Positions 1 to 9,238 of a DNA stretch of 64,000 nt are shown piece after piece (within the stretch, counting starts at the first letter, position 1; the number at the start of each line of letters is the position of its first letter). Origin of the DNA: Oscillospiraceae bacterium (GTDB lineage: Bacteria > Bacillota > Clostridia > UMGS1883); assembly GCA_015068735.1 (NCBI GenBank), contig SVJW01000008.1, positions 259 through 64,258 on the forward strand, given 5' to 3'. The translations under genes were made by a program, and so were the position numbers. The notes under the pieces were generated by a model. It saw nothing but the letters and a program-made list of their open reading frames with translations, did not search any database and was not told the DNA's origin.

Positions 1-1130
1 ATTTCATCGTAGGTGATGTTTTCTACAACCGCACTACCCACATCGTCGTAGTTATCAGTTGTGGAAAAATGAATTTCGTCACCTTTAAAACAAGGAATAA
101 TTCCTACATGAGAGGGATGAGGATGAATAATCTTCACCGTTCTTTTGTCAATTATCTCATCAACTACTGTGTAATATCCGTGGATGTTCATTGCATCATC
201 ATAGGTGTCTGAAATATGGGAGTTGCGCATAGTAAACTTACCTTTACAATTAGTTACGAAAACGCCGTCTGCTGTTGTGGTGTAGTATTCTTTCCTACCT
301 TTTTTCAGCTCTATTTTATATCCGTCGAGAAGAATTTCTTCACACAAATCCGCGACGAAGCCCATACCTCCGCCACGGTATATGGTTACATTTTTTACGT
401 TTATATTTTTACTGCGCTCGCACCAGAATGCCTGTGCTTCTCTGCTATTGTCGTATGCTATACAGATTCTGTCGCCTTTTTGGAAATTGGTATATTCTGT
501 TTCCGGGCGATATGCAAAGCGGATTCCACCTGAGATTTTTTCTGCATCTACCAAAATATTTGGTGCAGCTCCGCTTCTTTCTGCAGTAGTATCTCCAATA
601 CTGAAATGGAAAGCCCTTGAAGGGGTGGGGGCAATACGCTTAACGCTGAGTCTTCTTGTTTTGCTAGAAAGTATATCTTCACCGCATTTGAAGCATAGAC
701 AGTTCCCGTCAACATAATAATTGAACATATCTCTGTCCATTGCGATTACAAATCCGTTTTCATCCATTTCTGTTATATCTGCGTAAGCATAACGCAAGAA
801 AGAATAGTCCATAAAAAAGTTCTTAAAGGTAATGTTTTCACATTCCTGAGCAATTATAGGCTGAACTCTGTCGCAGAATACAAATTCAGAGTTGTTACCC
901 TCAATAATAAGATTCTTTTTTTCGATTATGGGGAATACAACATAGTTTTCCACGCTGAGTCCACCGGAAGAAAAAAGTTGCATTTTTTTGCTTCCTTTAC
1001 GGTGGAAGTGATACGTCCCTTTTTCAAACTCTATTACATTTTCACAGTTTTCGGGAAGATTCTCTAAAATTTCGTATATCAATTCCGTTAAATTTTCTGT
1101 TCCCTTTTTTATTTTAATTATATTTTTCAT
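1..1130 (-). CDS. right-handed parallel beta-helix (pectin-lyase fold) protein; 3' end lies outside the window
   Basis: The minus-strand frame is open from ATG (rc of 1128-1130) to the window edge, and an AAGGAGAGG SD lies at rc 1134-1142. My own translation starts MKNIIKIKKGTENLTELIYEILENLPENCENVIEFEKGTYHF. Short repeated strand segments (NITFKNF, NINVKNVTIY, GKFTMRNSHI) are typical of beta-helix proteins. It is absent from the ORF track because no stop codon falls in the window. Confidence 0.55.
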   Translation of the reverse strand, partial: MKNIIKIKKGTENLTELIYEILENLPENCENVIEFEKGTYHFHRKGSKKMQLFSSGGLSVENYVVFPIIEKKNLIIEGNNSEFVFCDRVQPIIAQECENITFKNFFMDYSFLRYAYADITEMDENGFVIAMDRDMFNYYVDGNCLCFKCGEDILSSKTRRLSVKRIAPTPSRAFHFSIGDTTAERSGAAPNILVDAEKISGGIRFAYRPETEYTNFQKGDRICIAYDNSREAQAFWCERSKNINVKNVTIYRGGGMGFVADLCEEILLDGYKIELKKGRKEYYTTTADGVFVTNCKGKFTMRNSHISDTYDDAMNIHGYYTVVDEIIDKRTVKIIHPHPSHVGIIPCFKGDEIHFSTTDNYDDVGSAVVENITYDE

Positions 1131-1251
1131 AAAACCTCTCCTTTTTGGTTATTATTGACTTTCCGTTAATTTTATTATATAATTTTCACGCATGACTACA
1201 ATGTTATATTCAATAAATTTATATGGTATTCGCTTAATTTTGGAGGATTTT

Positions 1252-2001
1252 ATGGAAGATATACGTTATGATAGCGAGATAGGTCTGAAAATAAATAATC
1301 TTGGTTTTATAAAGGTTGTAAGAAAGAAAAACTTTTCATTTCAATTTAAATGTGGCAAGAATAAATTCACAATTGTTTTTGTAAAACAAGGAAAAATGAA
1401 ATTTGATTTTCCTACTGACGGTGAGAGCTTTATTGTGTCAGAGGGAGAAATAATATACATTCCCAGATCGATTCCGTATACAGCAGAATATACGGAAGAT
1501 GAAACAATAACGAAATCAATTATTTTCGGTGCGGACAATGAAACTTTACCATCGTACATCCCACACGTCCCTGTTAAAAAGACTTCAAAGGAATATGCCT
1601 CTGTATTTGATTCCATAACAGGCATCAATATGCGAAACACACTTTTTCTTGCAGCGAAAGCTTATGACCTTTTATACCTGATGCAAAGCAGAAGAAGACT
1701 TTATACAAAAAATCAGAAAAAAATATTTCCCGCACTTAACGAGATGTACGAGAAATATAATGAAAAGAGACCTATCTCCTATTATGCGGAAATGTGCAAT
1801 ATGAGTGAATCTAATTTCCGCAAGCTTTTTAAGGAATGGACGGGGAAATCGCCGATAGAGTTTCGGAATATGCTCCGTATAGAAGAGGCAAAAAAGCTTA
1901 TTGACAGCGGTGAATTTACCGTCGAGGAAGCAGCGTATTACGTAGGATTCAACAACATGTCGTTTTTCTACGAACTATATAATGAAATAAGAAATCGCTG
2001 A
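1252..2001 (+). CDS. AraC family transcriptional regulator (cupin N-domain plus HTH)
   Basis: This is ORF 1192..2001. The likely start is ATG 1252 after a GGAGG at 1238-1242. The C-terminal AraC HTH reads SPIEFRNMLRIEEAKKLI...VGFNNMSFF. It is divergent from the beta-helix gene. Confidence 0.85.
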   Translation: MEDIRYDSEIGLKINNLGFIKVVRKKNFSFQFKCGKNKFTIVFVKQGKMKFDFPTDGESFIVSEGEIIYIPRSIPYTAEYTEDETITKSIIFGADNETLPSYIPHVPVKKTSKEYASVFDSITGINMRNTLFLAAKAYDLLYLMQSRRRLYTKNQKKIFPALNEMYEKYNEKRPISYYAEMCNMSESNFRKLFKEWTGKSPIEFRNMLRIEEAKKLIDSGEFTVEEAAYYVGFNNMSFFYELYNEIRNR

Positions 2002-2024
2002 TGACTGAGTCATCAGCGATTTTT
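1992..2024. terminator. bidirectional intrinsic terminator between the AraC gene and GH88
   Basis: A 14-bp stem pairs aaatcgctgatgac (1992-2005) with gtcatcagcgattt (2009-2022), with a T-run after it. The hairpin overlaps the AraC stop codon. Confidence 0.7.
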
Positions 2025-2036
2025 ACTTTAAGAAAA

Positions 2037-3170
2037 CTAATTATGCACTGTAAATCTGCCATCGTTACCGTCTAGTTTCATAAGCGCCTCAAGAAGATAA
2101 TAATCTCCGAAAATCCACGGCATATGCATTCCGTTTGGTTTATGGTACGCACTTGAACCGTTCTCTAAAAGTCTCAGTTCATTCTCGTTATAATTACAGT
2201 TTTCATCAAGCACACGAAGAAGTTTTATTGCAGCATTTTCATATAGTTTAGCTTCGTTTTCCGGAACTGCTTTTGCTATTTCTATAAGTCCGCAAGTAGC
2301 GATTGATGCCGCAGAGGAGTCGTAATACACAGGCTCTTCGGGAGCACGGAAATCAACGCGCGGAAGCTTACCTTCTTCTAAATTCGAAATAAAGTAATGC
2401 GCTACTTTTTTAGCAATATCAAGGTACTCTTGTTTTCCCATATTAAGGTATGCAAGGATAAATCCGTATATTGCCCACGCCTGTCCACGCGACCAAGAAG
2501 AACCGCTATCGTATCCCTGACCTCGGGGCGTAGCGAGAACTTCGCCTGTTTCGGGGTCAAACTCCACTATATGATTCGAAGAACCATCCGGCCGGATAAA
2601 TGTTTTTGCAACTGTATCTGCATGCGCTTCGGCTATCTGTCTGAAACGAGGATCACCCTGAATTTTAGTTGCAAAACTCAAAAGAGGAATATTCATCATA
2701 CAGTCTATAATTGCCCATTTTTCGCTGGAATGATCCCATGCGCGGATGTATTTTGCAACATGATTAAATCTGCCGGCAAGGATAGTTGCCGCATGCATAG
2801 CACGTGCTTTGGACTTTTCATTGCCCGTAATTTTGTAATCGGCAACTGCAGAAAGAGACCACATAAACCCTACATCGTGATGGATATATGTAAATATATC
2901 AAAAGCTTCGTCAAGCTTTCTTTCACATTCTTCGGCATATTCTTTGTACATAGCATCGCCTGTTTTAAGATACATCAGCCACATCATTCCCGGCCAAAAA
3001 GCCGTTGTCCAGCTTGAAATATCGGCAGTTTTTCCATACGGATCCCATAGACCCGTATTACTGTTTGTGGTTGGAAAATTCCCACCTATTTGCGGCGCCA
3101 TAACTGAGATTTTTCTTACTACTTTTTCCAGAAATTCACCGGCAAACGCTTTGTCATTATCCGAAAACAC
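2037..3170 (-). CDS. glycoside hydrolase family 88, unsaturated glucuronyl hydrolase
   Basis: 377 aa with a GTG start preceded by a GGGGAGG SD. It carries the GH88-type signature SSWTTAFWPGMMWLMY and motifs HHDVGFMW and WSRGQAWAIYG. Confidence 0.85.
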   Translation of the reverse strand: MFSDNDKAFAGEFLEKVVRKISVMAPQIGGNFPTTNSNTGLWDPYGKTADISSWTTAFWPGMMWLMYLKTGDAMYKEYAEECERKLDEAFDIFTYIHHDVGFMWSLSAVADYKITGNEKSKARAMHAATILAGRFNHVAKYIRAWDHSSEKWAIIDCMMNIPLLSFATKIQGDPRFRQIAEAHADTVAKTFIRPDGSSNHIVEFDPETGEVLATPRGQGYDSGSSWSRGQAWAIYGFILAYLNMGKQEYLDIAKKVAHYFISNLEEGKLPRVDFRAPEEPVYYDSSAASIATCGLIEIAKAVPENEAKLYENAAIKLLRVLDENCNYNENELRLLENGSSAYHKPNGMHMPWIFGDYYLLEALMKLDGNDGRFTVHN

Positions 3171-3210
3171 ACCTTTTTCCTCCCCAATCTCTTATCTGAT
3201 AGAATACAAA

Positions 3211-4551
3211 TTATCTTAAACTTTCGAGGAGTTTTTTACCTTCCTCAATAATGAATTCTCCAACGCCTGCCTTGAAGTTGGAACTTCTTGCTTCGTAGCC
3301 ACCTTCATCGTAGGAATCCTGCATGGGGAAATATCCCTGATATCCGTTAGTGATACAGCAGGGAATTATAAGGTCATAGCCTTCTGTTTCCTTGAGGCCT
3401 CTGCCGATTGCATTGAAGGGCTCACCCGGAATACCAACAAATGCAATAGGTCCAAGTCTGAAGCCGGAAAGTGTCATATCAAATGCATCGGGAGCGTTTT
3501 CAAGACGAACCATTCTGCCTGCTTCTGCAACTACTGTTGTAAGCATCATACCTTCATAGGGAAGCTCGCTATCCTTACCTGCAAGGTGCAGATCATTAAT
3601 TCTGTGAGCCTCGGGAAGCTCAGCAGGTGTGGGTTTATTTGAAGGCACGTTAATTGTCATAAGTCTGCCTTTTATCGAGTCAACATCTATGTAATTTACT
3701 TTATCGTAAACCTGCAATACGCCACCTGTTACTACGCGAGCAATGTACTGCGCGTGAGAATAACCTCTTGAAACGTCGTCAAAATCGATAAACATACCGT
3801 TAAGGTCTCCGCCCTTGGGGTGAACGTTAACGTGGTTAATATCACCCTGAGCGCCGTTGAAGAAGATACACTTTGTGTTATCGAGAATCTTCTCTACATT
3901 TTTTCTGAGCAATGTCGGCCAGTCACCTGAAATTTTGCATCCGCCGACAACGTCGGGATGGTTTGCAAAGTTTACAAATACAATTGTGTCTGCGCCTTCA
4001 CGGTCAAAACGGATTACATTTACACTATCATCAATCTGACCCACGGGACGAACAATATCAGGATTGTTTACACCGGGATTGGTTTTTGTAGTGCCGTCTT
4101 TCATAATGAAACGACGTACAAAAGCTACATTTTCAGCTTTACCTACCCCATAACCCATTTTTGCATCTTTAAGATCGTTAACTGCAAACATAGCTACATC
4201 CGCAAGACGCTTTCCGAGAAATTCTCTGTACTCAAGTACAAGAGGGCGCTGATCATTATTTACTTCCGGACCTGTGTGAGTGTGTGTACAGGAGATAAAT
4301 ATATTATCTGTGGGCACGGATGTTACCTTGCTGATTCTTTCTCTGTATTCAGCGCTGATTTCCTGTTTTATACCTGCAATGTCAACGTTTATCAAAAGCT
4401 GTGTCGTATCGCCCAGGCTTATTGCAAGAGCGTTTGCTTCAAGGTCGTCCAAAATTCCGTCTGCAAAACGATCCTTGAAATATCCGCTTACAAAAATACC
4501 CATAGGGGGGTTGATATTCACGCGGGCAAAACCTGCTTTTAAATTACTCAT
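3211..4551 (-). CDS. neutral/alkaline non-lysosomal ceramidase-like N-terminal domain protein
   Basis: 446 aa. The N-terminus AGFARVNINPPMGIFVSGY and the HTHTGPE motif match bacterial ceramidase-N-domain proteins as I remember them. An AGGAGG SD precedes the start. It sits 40 nt upstream of GH88 on the same strand. Confidence 0.65.
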   Translation of the reverse strand: MSNLKAGFARVNINPPMGIFVSGYFKDRFADGILDDLEANALAISLGDTTQLLINVDIAGIKQEISAEYRERISKVTSVPTDNIFISCTHTHTGPEVNNDQRPLVLEYREFLGKRLADVAMFAVNDLKDAKMGYGVGKAENVAFVRRFIMKDGTTKTNPGVNNPDIVRPVGQIDDSVNVIRFDREGADTIVFVNFANHPDVVGGCKISGDWPTLLRKNVEKILDNTKCIFFNGAQGDINHVNVHPKGGDLNGMFIDFDDVSRGYSHAQYIARVVTGGVLQVYDKVNYIDVDSIKGRLMTINVPSNKPTPAELPEAHRINDLHLAGKDSELPYEGMMLTTVVAEAGRMVRLENAPDAFDMTLSGFRLGPIAFVGIPGEPFNAIGRGLKETEGYDLIIPCCITNGYQGYFPMQDSYDEGGYEARSSNFKAGVGEFIIEEGKKLLESLR

Positions 4552-4705
4552 AATTAAAACCTCCTAAAAAATAGCACATTGAAACATTTTTCCAATGTGT
4601 TTATTATATCAAGTTAAAACTTTATTGTCAATAACACTAATGTTGAAGTTTTCAATATTCAAAATGGTTTTTCAACATTTTGATTTTATTCTGTTTTTCA
4701 AAAAT

Positions 4706-4728
4706 AATTTATCGTTTTTCGATAAATT
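4706..4728. promoter_or_regulatory. 9-bp inverted repeat (candidate operator) just upstream of the -35 box
   Basis: aatttatcg (4706-4714), a ttttt spacer, then cgataaatt (4720-4728). It abuts the TTGACA box at 4733. Confidence 0.3.
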
Positions 4729-4732
4729 TATA

Positions 4733-4761
4733 TTGACAAACATTTACACAACTGCTATAAT
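4733..4761 (+). promoter_or_regulatory. sigma-A type promoter of the DUF2975-XRE-membrane protein operon
   Basis: TTGACA (4733-4738), a 17-nt spacer, then TATAAT (4756-4761). Confidence 0.55.
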
Positions 4762-4788
4762 GAAGAAAAAAGAAAGGAAGATTTTTAC

Positions 4789-5241
4789 ATGTACAAAAAA
4801 AGCATTACGCACTACATAGCAAAGTCCACTATTGATATTCTCTTTTATCTCAGTATTATAGGAGTTATTCTCGTTCCCTTTTTCACTGATGACCTTTTCC
4901 GTTTTGCCGACTATTCTGATTTTGAAATGATTACTTTGACAGTTACACTTTTTACTTCCGGTATTTGTTGCATATACATACTTTTTCATTTGAAAAAAAT
5001 GTACACCACTCTTCTTAACGGGAGTCCCTTCATAGATGAAAATGTGAGTCATTTCAGAAAAATCTCCGTAGGTTGCTTTGCTACTTCGGTTATTTACGTA
5101 ATAAAATGTCTGCTTTTGTTCACTTTCGGAACGCTTATTATTGCCGCTGTATTTGCAGTCGGTTGCCTGTTCTGTCTTACTCTTAAAGATCTCTTTAAGC
5201 AAGCAATCAACTATAAAGCAGAAAATGACTTGACAGTATAA
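4789..5241 (+). CDS. DUF2975-like small membrane protein
   Basis: 150 aa with about 4 TM segments. It lies directly upstream of a YozG-like HTH gene, a well-known pairing. Confidence 0.6.
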   Translation: MYKKSITHYIAKSTIDILFYLSIIGVILVPFFTDDLFRFADYSDFEMITLTVTLFTSGICCIYILFHLKKMYTTLLNGSPFIDENVSHFRKISVGCFATSVIYVIKCLLLFTFGTLIIAAVFAVGCLFCLTLKDLFKQAINYKAENDLTV

Positions 5242-5261
5242 AAGAAAGGTGCTGATTAAAT

Positions 5262-5471
5262 ATGCCTATTATAGTAAATCTTGACGTAATGATGGCAAAA
5301 CGAAAAATCGGACTTATGGAGTTGTCTGAAAAAATCGGTATTACCCCTGCCAATCTTTCTATCTTAAAAAACAACAAGGCAAAAGCAATTCGTTTTTCTA
5401 CACTTGAAGATATATGCAAAGTGCTTGATTGCCAGCCGGCAGATATACTTGAATATAAAAAAGACATCTGA
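5262..5471 (+). CDS. XRE/Cro-C1 family HTH transcriptional regulator (YozG-like)
   Basis: 69 aa. The sequence MPIIVNLDVMMAKRKIGLMELSEKIGITPANLSILKNNKAKAIRFSTLEDICKVLDCQPADIL is the typical YozG-type pattern. Confidence 0.85.
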   Translation: MPIIVNLDVMMAKRKIGLMELSEKIGITPANLSILKNNKAKAIRFSTLEDICKVLDCQPADILEYKKDI

Positions 5472-5502
5472 TGCATTTTTATTTTAACAAGGAGGTTTTA
5501 TT

Positions 5503-6957
5503 ATGGATATTTCTAAAAAAATGAAAACAAGGCTCATAGTATATGCTCTTATATCATCGTTAGGCTTTTCATTTCTGGTTATGTCAGCAAGGTCAGAATT
5601 AAGCCTCCCATTTCCTCTTTCTCTCATTTTTGAGAATTCGGTTTCAGGCATAGGAGTCCCTGTTTACGTACTTTTTCAGGCGATAATGATGTTATTTATC
5701 GTTCCTCATAAAAAAAGAATGTTCTTTCTTGTTCCGATATTTATTATTGCTTTAAACAGCTTTATAAGCAGTAACAACATATGGTATGATTCCAATATTA
5801 TTATTTGCTTTGCGCTTGCCGGCTGTATGTTCTTTAAGTTTGATTTCCGGAATGATAGTCTTAGCCAATTTGCACGTATGTTATCAAAAATTTTCTCTCA
5901 TTTTTCCCATTTTTCCTTGCCGTTCAGGTGGCTTTCGGAAGTAGGAAAAGGAAAATCAGGATTATTTAAAAGACTCCTGCTTGCGCTAGTTATAACAATA
6001 CCGTGTGTTGTATTTCTGATATTTATGCTCGCTTCTGCCGATATGGTTTTCTCCGTAAAAACAGAAGGTTTTCTTTCCGCCTTATCAGGCATCATAAATT
6101 TCAATACTATTATTAAGTTAATTATCGGTTCTGTGGCGGGATTGTATTTGTTCGGATCAGCATGTAGTGCATACTGTCAGGATGAAGTCACCCTTCCCGA
6201 CGAAAAAAATCCCAAATGCGATCTTCTTATAATCAACATATTTCTTTCCGCCTTACTTTTTGTATACACTCTTTTTGTTATAATTCAATTTAAATATTTG
6301 TTTGCAGGATCCACACTTCCCGGAAACCTTACTTACACAGAATATGCGAGAAAAGGCTTTTTCGAACTTTTGGCGCTAACCGCAGTAAATATCATAATTA
6401 TATTTATAACAAAAAGGAAAACTAAAAATAGTAGCGGTAAGTGGGCTATTTTCTCTACATTACTTTGCACATATCTTTGTGCAGTTACTGTAGTTTTGCT
6501 GTTTTCCTCATTTTTCAGAATGTATCTGTACACAGAAGTTGACGGACTTACAAGACTACGCTTTTTTGTAATGGGATTTTTGGTATTTGAACTTCTGGGA
6601 CTTATTGCAACATTTGTATACATTATCAAGCCAAAATTCAATATTATTCTGATTTACACAGTGGTTGCATTGCTATATTATGCCACATTAAATGTAGTTC
6701 CTGTCGATAGAATTATTGCAAAAAATCAGATTGATAAATATCTTGAAGGCGAAAGAGATGACTTATATTACATATTCACTCTTTCTGCCGATGCCGCGCC
6801 TGCTATGGAGCATCTTTATAATAATACAGACGACGAAGCTTTAAAATCCGAAATAATGTATTTTCTTGAAGATAAAACTAACTGTCAAAACTCTTCGTGG
6901 CAAGCTTACAACCTTTCAATTGAAAGAGCAAGAGTTATAAAAAATAATTTAAAGTGA
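5503..6957 (+). CDS. polytopic membrane protein (DUF4153/DUF4173-like)
   Basis: 484 aa with more than 10 hydrophobic segments and a soluble C-terminal tail. It is third in the operon after the DUF2975 and XRE genes. Confidence 0.5.
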   Translation: MDISKKMKTRLIVYALISSLGFSFLVMSARSELSLPFPLSLIFENSVSGIGVPVYVLFQAIMMLFIVPHKKRMFFLVPIFIIALNSFISSNNIWYDSNIIICFALAGCMFFKFDFRNDSLSQFARMLSKIFSHFSHFSLPFRWLSEVGKGKSGLFKRLLLALVITIPCVVFLIFMLASADMVFSVKTEGFLSALSGIINFNTIIKLIIGSVAGLYLFGSACSAYCQDEVTLPDEKNPKCDLLIINIFLSALLFVYTLFVIIQFKYLFAGSTLPGNLTYTEYARKGFFELLALTAVNIIIIFITKRKTKNSSGKWAIFSTLLCTYLCAVTVVLLFSSFFRMYLYTEVDGLTRLRFFVMGFLVFELLGLIATFVYIIKPKFNIILIYTVVALLYYATLNVVPVDRIIAKNQIDKYLEGERDDLYYIFTLSADAAPAMEHLYNNTDDEALKSEIMYFLEDKTNCQNSSWQAYNLSIERARVIKNNLK

Positions 6958-6964
6958 TAAAAAT

Positions 6965-6995
6965 CATAGCTGCGTAAATTCTACGCAGCTATGCT
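6965..6995. repeat. 31-bp hairpin repeat, copy 1 (terminator-like, A-run upstream)
   Basis: The sequence is catagctgcgtaaattctacgcagctatgct, which forms a 12-bp stem. It is 30/31 identical to 7273-7303. Confidence 0.9.
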
Positions 6996-7272
6996 CAGCG
7001 TGTCGAGAAACCTATCGACACGCTGTCAGACGAGGAAAAAGAAAGGTAAATCTGTTCAAGGCAAGCTCGTCGGCGTACGAGGGTACGGTAGAGATTGCCT
7101 TGGACGGAAGCAAGCAAAAAGCCCTGAAAATCTAAGTTTTCAGGGCTTTACTCAATATTCGTTTTTAACAGACAGTTCTTTTATTAACGGGTTATCGAAA
7201 ATCGCCAACCCCTACAAAAATTTCAAGCATTTAAATTTGCTTGCGGTTGACCGACTTTTTCGACAGTCTAAG
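6996..7272. repeat. 277-bp hairpin-rich non-coding insert between the two 31-bp repeat copies
   Basis: It contains a perfect 11-bp stem (6996-7006 with 7015-7025) and a perfect 13-bp stem (7118-7130 with 7137-7149). It is GC-richer than neighbouring spacers. It shares the motif ggcgtacgagggtacggtagag with 11452-11475. Confidence 0.6.
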
Positions 7273-7303
7273 CATAGCTGCGTAAATTCTACACAGCTAT
7301 GCT
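7273..7303. repeat. 31-bp hairpin repeat, copy 2 (followed by a T-run; overlaps the AraC stop codon)
   Basis: The sequence is catagctgcgtaaattctacacagctatgct followed by tttttt. One G-to-A change breaks a single stem pair. Confidence 0.9.
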
Positions 7304-8052
7304 TTTTTAAATTTCATCGGAGAGATTCCGACCTGATTTGTAAACACGCGGTCAAAGTTTGAAACACTTTCAAAACCGCAACGGAAGGCAACATCTGTTA
7401 CCTTCTGTCCGTCCCTGAGATATTTTTTGGCGTTAATTACCCGTATTGAGTTAAGATATTTCGGAAGACTCATTCCTGTGTACCTCGAAAAATATCTTGA
7501 AACTGTAAATTTGCTCAAATGAAACTTCTCCGAGAGCAAATCGAGAGTAATCCTCTCTCCAAAATTAGCTTCAACGAATTTTATTATCTCTCCTGCATCC
7601 TCGTTTTTCGTTCTTGCGGGCGAATTTTTGCTTAAAAGATGAAGAAGAGTGCAAAGGATAAGCTTTCTTTCCGTTTCGGAATCGGAATTCTGCAGCTCGG
7701 TTATTATGGAAGAAAATTTTTCCGCAAAACTACTTGTATCAATAACTGAGCAAGGAGTGCCTGCACAATTCAAAATATCGTCTCCGAGAGCAATGCGTAT
7801 ATCGTGAATATATGATTCGTAAAAATTTATAGCAAGTCTTTCCTGTGGGAGAACTCCACCCGAAAGAGTAAGGTGTGGTATAAACGGTGGTATAATTGCA
7901 ACAGTATTTTTGTCAAGTAAATACTCTCTGTCACCCACGACAAGGGTTCGCGTATTATTATAGATATACAGAACTTCATAATGCTTGTGATAATGTGTAC
8001 GAGGCATATTACGTTCAATGGTATAGGTTGCTCTTTCTATTTCAAAATCCAT
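7297..8052 (-). CDS. AraC family transcriptional regulator
   Basis: This is ORF 7297..8091. The likely start is MDFEIERA at 8052, after a GAAGGTGG SD. The C-terminal HTH reads LPKYLNSIRVINAKKYL...CGFESVSNF. It is divergent from the GH105 gene. Confidence 0.85.
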   Translation of the reverse strand: MDFEIERATYTIERNMPRTHYHKHYEVLYIYNNTRTLVVGDREYLLDKNTVAIIPPFIPHLTLSGGVLPQERLAINFYESYIHDIRIALGDDILNCAGTPCSVIDTSSFAEKFSSIITELQNSDSETERKLILCTLLHLLSKNSPARTKNEDAGEIIKFVEANFGERITLDLLSEKFHLSKFTVSRYFSRYTGMSLPKYLNSIRVINAKKYLRDGQKVTDVAFRCGFESVSNFDRVFTNQVGISPMKFKKA

Positions 8053-8197
8053 ATTCCCACCTTCTTTCAACAAAATTATAAAAAATCTCAACTACAATGT
8101 CAAGCAAGAATTGTAAACTTTTTCTTTAAACAATGCAATAATTGTGTTGCTTTGTTTTTTGTTATTATGGTATCTTATAGTCAGGAGGCGATTAATA

Positions 8198-9235
8198 GTG
8201 AAAGATATTATTGAAAAAGTAGCAAAAAATATGTTGTCCATTGACCAGGCATTTTCCGATGAGCCTTGTCCCATAAGCATTGTTGACATAAATAAATGGG
8301 AATGGGCGCAGGGCGTTGGTATGTACGGTCTTTACAGATATTATGAGGTGACAGGAGACAGTTTCTATTACGATTTCCTGAGAGATTGGTATGACAAGCG
8401 TATAGCTGAAGGACTTCCATCCAAAAATATAAACACCTGCTCTCCCCTGCTCACATTTACATATGTTTGCCAGGACAGACCTGATTATAAGGAGATTATA
8501 GAGGAATGGGCCGAGTGGCTTATGAACGAGCTTCCCCGTACTCCAGAGGGTGGTTTTCCTCACTACGGTTCGGTAGGCTACTGCGATGACCAGATTTGGG
8601 ACGATACAATCTTTATGGGTGTTCTTTTCCTTGCAAGAGCAGGCGTTGTTCTGGGAAGAAAGGATTATCTTGAGGAAACAAAGCTTCAGTTCCTTATCCA
8701 TATGCGCTATCTTACAGACCTTAAGACAGGACTTATGTATCACGCGTGGAACTTTGCCGACAGAAGCAATTTCGGTAAAGCTCTTTGGGGACGCGGCAAC
8801 TGCTGGATAACAGTTGCCATTCCCGACTATATCGACATTATGGGAGACTATCTTGAAGACGGTATAAAGAGATTCTTGATCGGTGTTCTTTCTTCGCAGA
8901 TTGAAGCACTCCGTAACTGTCAGGCAGAAAGCGGTATGTGGCACACGCTTCTTGACGACCCTGAAAGTTACGAGGAATCTTCTGCAACAAGCGGTTTCTG
9001 TTACGGTATTCACAAGGCAATCCGCCTTGGTTATGTTGGCGAAGAATACAAAGAATGTGCAAAAAAATCACTTGATGCAATGATTTCACAGGTTGATGAA
9101 AACGGTGTTGTACACAATGTTTCATACGGTACTACCTGCAAGTACGAGCTTGATTATTACAGAAACATCAAAAAATGTCCTATGACATACGGTCAGGCAC
9201 TTGCAATTTTATGTATAAGCGAAGGAATGAGGTAA
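8198..9235 (+). CDS. glycoside hydrolase family 105, unsaturated rhamnogalacturonyl/glucuronyl hydrolase (YteR/YesR-like)
   Basis: This is ORF 8144..9235. GTG 8198 follows an AGGAGG at 8183-8188. Motifs WEWAQGVGMYGLYRYYEVTGD and WGRGNCW are typical of GH105. Confidence 0.85.
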   Translation: MKDIIEKVAKNMLSIDQAFSDEPCPISIVDINKWEWAQGVGMYGLYRYYEVTGDSFYYDFLRDWYDKRIAEGLPSKNINTCSPLLTFTYVCQDRPDYKEIIEEWAEWLMNELPRTPEGGFPHYGSVGYCDDQIWDDTIFMGVLFLARAGVVLGRKDYLEETKLQFLIHMRYLTDLKTGLMYHAWNFADRSNFGKALWGRGNCWITVAIPDYIDIMGDYLEDGIKRFLIGVLSSQIEALRNCQAESGMWHTLLDDPESYEESSATSGFCYGIHKAIRLGYVGEEYKECAKKSLDAMISQVDENGVVHNVSYGTTCKYELDYYRNIKKCPMTYGQALAILCISEGMR

Positions 9236-9238
9236 AAT

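Noticed and set aside
6991-7362. 123-aa ORF spanning the hairpin-rich insert
   Set aside because: It runs through several perfect palindromes and into the AraC gene 3' end on the opposite strand. It has no SD. The region is better explained as a non-coding repeat.
8192-9013. 273-aa minus-strand ORF
   Set aside because: It is antisense to the GH105 gene, which carries clear family motifs. It is a shadow ORF.
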